This document shows positions 60,540-64,000 of a stretch of DNA of 64,000 nucleotides, piece by piece. Every line of letters begins with the position of its first letter. Position 1 is the stretch's first letter. Location: positions 930,001-994,000 of the forward strand of contig NW_027362960.1 of assembly GCF_046119375.1 (NCBI RefSeq). Direction: 5' to 3'. A program made the translations under genes and the position numbers. Source of the DNA: Phyllobates terribilis (Eukaryota). Below the pieces are notes generated by a model. It saw only the letters and a program-made list of their open reading frames with translations. It searched no databases and was not told where the DNA came from.

Positions 60540-62149
60540 TGGGTTAGATGCAGAAAAAAATTATATTCAATTTGCAACCTGATGGAGGTCAGTATAGATG
60601 GACTAATAGAGAAAGTCCCACACACTGCTAGAAGGCCAAATATTTTTTCAGAGCTAGATGCAGATAAAAATTATTTTTAATTTGCAACCTGATGGAGGTC
60701 AGTATAGATGGACTAATAGAGAAAGTCCCACACACTGCTAGAAGGCCAAATATTTTTTCAGAGCTAGATGCAGATAAAAATTATTTTTAATTTGCAACCT
60801 GATGGAGGTCAGTATAGATGGACTAATAGAGAAAGTCCCACACACTGCTAGAAGGCCAAATATTTTTTCAGAGCTAGATGCAGATAAAAATTATTTTTAA
60901 TTTGCAACCTGATGGAGGTCAGTATATATGGACTAATAGAGAAAGTCCCACACACTGCTAGAAGGCCAAATATTTTTTCAGAGCTAGATGCAGATAAAAA
61001 TTATATTCAATTTGCAACCTGATGGAGGTCAGTATAGATGGACTAATAGAACAAGTCCCACACACAGCTAGAAGCCCAAATATTTTTTCAGAGGTACTGT
61101 AGATGCAGATAAAAATTATTTTTAATTTGCAACCTGATGGAGGTCAGTATAGATGGACTAATAGAGAAAGTCCCACACACTGCTAGAAGGCCAAATATTT
61201 TTTCAGAGCTAGATGCAGATAAAAATTATTTTTAATTTGCAACCTGATGGAGGTCAGTATAGATGGACTAATAGAGAAAGTCCCACACACTGCTAGAAGG
61301 CCAAATATTTTTTCAGAGCTAGATGCAGATAAAAATTATATTCAATTTGCAACCTGATGGAGGTCAGTATAGATGGACTAATAGAACAAGTCCCACACAC
61401 AGCTAGAAGCCCAAATATTTTTTCAGAGGTACTGTAGATGCAGATAAAAATTATCTTTAATTTGCAACCTGATGGAGGTCAGTATAGATGGACTAATAGA
61501 GAAAGTCCCACACACTGCTAGAAGGCCAAATATTTTTTCAGAGCTAGATGCAGATAAAAATTATATTCAATTTGCAACCTGATGGAGGTCAGTATAGATG
61601 GACTAATAGAACAAGTCCCACACACAGCTAGAAGCCCAAATATTTTTTCAGAGGTACTGTAGATGCAGATAAAAATTATTTTTAATTTGCAACCTGATTG
61701 AGGTCAGTATAGATGGACTAATAGAGAAAGTCCCACACACTGCTAGAAGGCCAAATATTTTTTCAGAGCTAGATGCAGAAAAAAATTATATTCAGTTTGC
61801 AACCTGATGGAGGTCAGTATAGATGGACTAATAGAGAAAGTCCCACACACTGCTAGAAGGTCACATATTTTTTCAGAGGTAGATGCAGAAAAAAATATAT
61901 TCAGTTTGCAACCTGATGGAGGTCTGTATAGATGGATTAATAGAACAAGTCCCACACACAGCTAGAAGCCCAATATTTTTTCAGAGGTAGATGCAGAAAA
62001 AAATATATTCAGTTTGCAACCTGATGGAGGTCAGTATAGATGGACTAATACAACAAGTCCCACACACAGCTAGAAGCCCAATATTTTTTCAGAGGTAGAT
62101 GCAGAAAAAAATATATTCAGTTTGCAACCTGATGGAGGTCTGTATAGAT
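60540..62149. repeat. 110/117-bp tandem array, about 14 units, upstream of the transposase
   Basis: gactaataga at 60601 and 60711; variant units carry an extra gtactgt; related units lie at 56420-56690 and 52960-53025. Confidence 0.93.
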
Positions 62150-62352
62150 CAGGGGTGTCCAAACTTTTTTCTAAGAGTGCCAAATTTGATGAAGTGAACA
62201 TGTGCGAGGGCCGATCATTTTGCTTGACATTCTTTGGACCATTAAAATGAATGCAAATAAACTTTTTTTGCAAAGTTTATTGAAAACGGCATACTTTTTA
62301 TTTTGTGACTTGGATGACAAATCTAAACAGGTGTTTAATCAATCTGCCTTAA

Positions 62353-62757
62353 AGGGGTTAACCCAGACATACCCCCATTCTCACCCAGGAAGCCCCTCCC
62401 CGACTTGAGCATCGAAGCAGTTTATGCTCCAATGTCCTACTTTTGCCCTGCACTAAATTGCGCAGAGGAAAGGCATTTTCTGGAGTTCTAGTGACATACC
62501 CGGCTCTCCACGGGGCTGGCAGAAAGCCCAGTGACGTCACCGGCACTGATGGGCGGGCTTTATCACCAGTAAACCAGCTAGAGCAGCGCTAAAGCCTGCA
62601 CATTAGAGCCGGTGAAGCCTCCTACCGGCAGTGTGTCATTGTAAATAGCACAGGGCAAGGGAGCACATCGGAGCATGAGATGCTTTGATGCCCATGGCAG
62701 GGGGGCTGCCTGGGTGAAAAAGGGGGTATGTCTGGGTTCTGAACTTGGACAACCCCT
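62353..62757. mobile_element. T2/Kolobok-type MITE
   Basis: TTAA flanks (62349-62352, 62758-62761); AGGGG...CCCCT ends; subterminal inverted repeat ccagacataccccc / gggggtatgtctgg. Confidence 0.8.
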
Positions 62758-62979
62758 TTAATATAATAAAAACAGGAAACTGAGATATCTCAGGAACATT
62801 TTAAAGTACATTACACAAAGTAATGTAAGGTTGTCTGTCAACTTATAAGTTCAAAAAATGTGAACAGGAACATAACAGCAAGTATACATGTGTTCAAATA
62901 TATAACTGTCTATCCAACTGACATTAATTGAGATTTTACAACATATTAATCTCAATTAAAAAAAAGAAACTAGCCTGCA

Positions 62980-64000
62980 CTAATGTGAAGGGTGAAACTG
63001 GGATCTGGACTGCAGCACATAGACTAGGTCTGGTTCAATGGCCGTGGTTTTGATGCGCAAAATGTCACGCAGGTGAGAGTCACTTAGTCTTGTCCTCACG
63101 CGGTTCTTGTTAAAGTTCATAACAGAGAATGTCTTCTCACACAAATATGTTGAGCCAAACAAGCTCAGGGTTTTCTTAGCCAATGTTCGAATCTCTTGAA
63201 ACCGGCTCTTATCCAGTTGGCGGTAAAAGTTAACAAGAGAGAGCTGTTGATGACGACTGCGTAACTCGCTGTCACAATGTAGCTCAATGAGCTCGAGCTG
63301 CAACTGATCAGGAGCATTGTCGGGGTCAACAGAGAATGGAGAGGAGAAAATGCTGATCTCCTTTTCAATAGCTGCAAAATCTTGAAAGCGCCGTTGAAAC
63401 TCCCCAGCCAGAGATGTGATGTCTGCTGCATACCTGCTTATTTGCGCATGGATATCATCCTGTGGAAAACTGTTAATTATTTCCTGTAGCGCTGAAAAAT
63501 GGATGGTATTGGGCGGTGTTTGTGACAACTGCCTTAGGAAAAGTTGCAGCTTTGTTCCAAAGGCTTTGAGGTGTGAATAAAGTTGGTTCACCGCTGCATC
63601 TTTGCCCTGAAGATTCATGTTCAGTACATTCAGATGCTTTGTTAGGTCGACTAGAAACCCCAAATCAGCCAGCCAAATTGGATCAGATAGTTCTCGCATC
63701 GTTTGTCCCTTTGTTTCCAAGAATTCTCCTATTTCCTTTCTGAGAGAGTAGAAACGTTGCAGTGCAGACCCCCGACTGAGCCATCTTACATCGTTATGAT
63801 ATGAAACATCTTCATATTCAGCCTGGATATCCAGTAGAAACTGTTTAAACTGGCGGTGGCACAGGGCTTTAGAGCGGAAAAAATTAATGGTCTTTAGTAC
63901 CGGTTTCATAACATGATCATATTGGAGATGTTTAGCACAGAGAACTTGTTGATGAATGATGCAATGAAGTTTAATAGCTTTGCCTCCTTCTTCGCTCACC
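62980..64000 (-). CDS. Charlie/Buster (GTF2IRD2-like) transposase, C-terminal 339 codons; start lies outside the window
   Basis: HCIIHQQVLC, VRWLSRG, FGSTYLCEKTFS; no stop in the visible part. Confidence 0.9.
   Translation of the reverse strand, partial: VSEEGGKAIKLHCIIHQQVLCAKHLQYDHVMKPVLKTINFFRSKALCHRQFKQFLLDIQAEYEDVSYHNDVRWLSRGSALQRFYSLRKEIGEFLETKGQTMRELSDPIWLADLGFLVDLTKHLNVLNMNLQGKDAAVNQLYSHLKAFGTKLQLFLRQLSQTPPNTIHFSALQEIINSFPQDDIHAQISRYAADITSLAGEFQRRFQDFAAIEKEISIFSSPFSVDPDNAPDQLQLELIELHCDSELRSRHQQLSLVNFYRQLDKSRFQEIRTLAKKTLSLFGSTYLCEKTFSVMNFNKNRVRTRLSDSHLRDILRIKTTAIEPDLVYVLQSRSQFHPSH

Larger units (their letters stand above)
52148..62149 (-). mobile_element. Large hAT element (same family as 5833-12206) with cargo and a transposase; far end not in window
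   Basis: 52148-52345 matches 5833-6043, including TAGTGTTGAGC; the duplicon copy is empty after 21419. Membership of the transposase in this element is inferred. Confidence 0.7.
62150..64000 (-). mobile_element. Charlie/Buster-type hAT element (3' end), nested in the array
   Basis: TIR CAGGGGTGTCCAAAC after GTATAGAT (nnnTAnnn). Confidence 0.85.

Noticed and set aside
56727-64000. Domesticated host genes (ZBED or GTF2IRD2) for the two transposase ORFs
   Set aside because: Both are associated with transposon termini and repeats in an insertion absent from the paralogous duplicon, and both keep visible catalytic motifs, so they are better read as transposons.

Overview
Vertebrate genomic DNA, most likely an anuran (frog), inferred from the XlCOF/XlCGF-style KRAB-like C2H2 zinc-finger exons and the mix of Tc1, hAT, Harbinger, DIRS and Gmr1 elements; the species cannot be fixed from the sequence. 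The window is a transposon-dense ZNF cluster built on a recent segmental duplication (1-21419 recurs at 37048-52147). It holds three minus-strand ZNF paralogs. ZNF-A is intact (590 aa, 12 fingers). ZNF-B has 7 fingers and a +1 frameshift before the finger exon. ZNF-C has only the four N-terminal exons and is cut off by a DIRS element. Each has the same putative promoter block next to a CpG-rich 30-bp VNTR of different length. The most unusual structures are four. (1) A 6.4-kb non-autonomous hAT in ZNF-A intron 3 whose interior is a recursively nested palindrome and which carries splice cassettes on both strands. (2) An element with the same terminus at 52148, upstream of an uninterrupted 1233-aa hAT transposase; each insertion has an empty site in the other duplicon. 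(3) A head-to-head inverted pair of intronless fucolectin copies inside a ZNF intron, flanked by a 16-bp target duplication and collapsed in the other duplicon. (4) An unclassified 610-bp repeat-unique-repeat insertion with an 11-12-bp target duplication. Coordinates were read by eye; ends of repeats and decayed elements are approximate.
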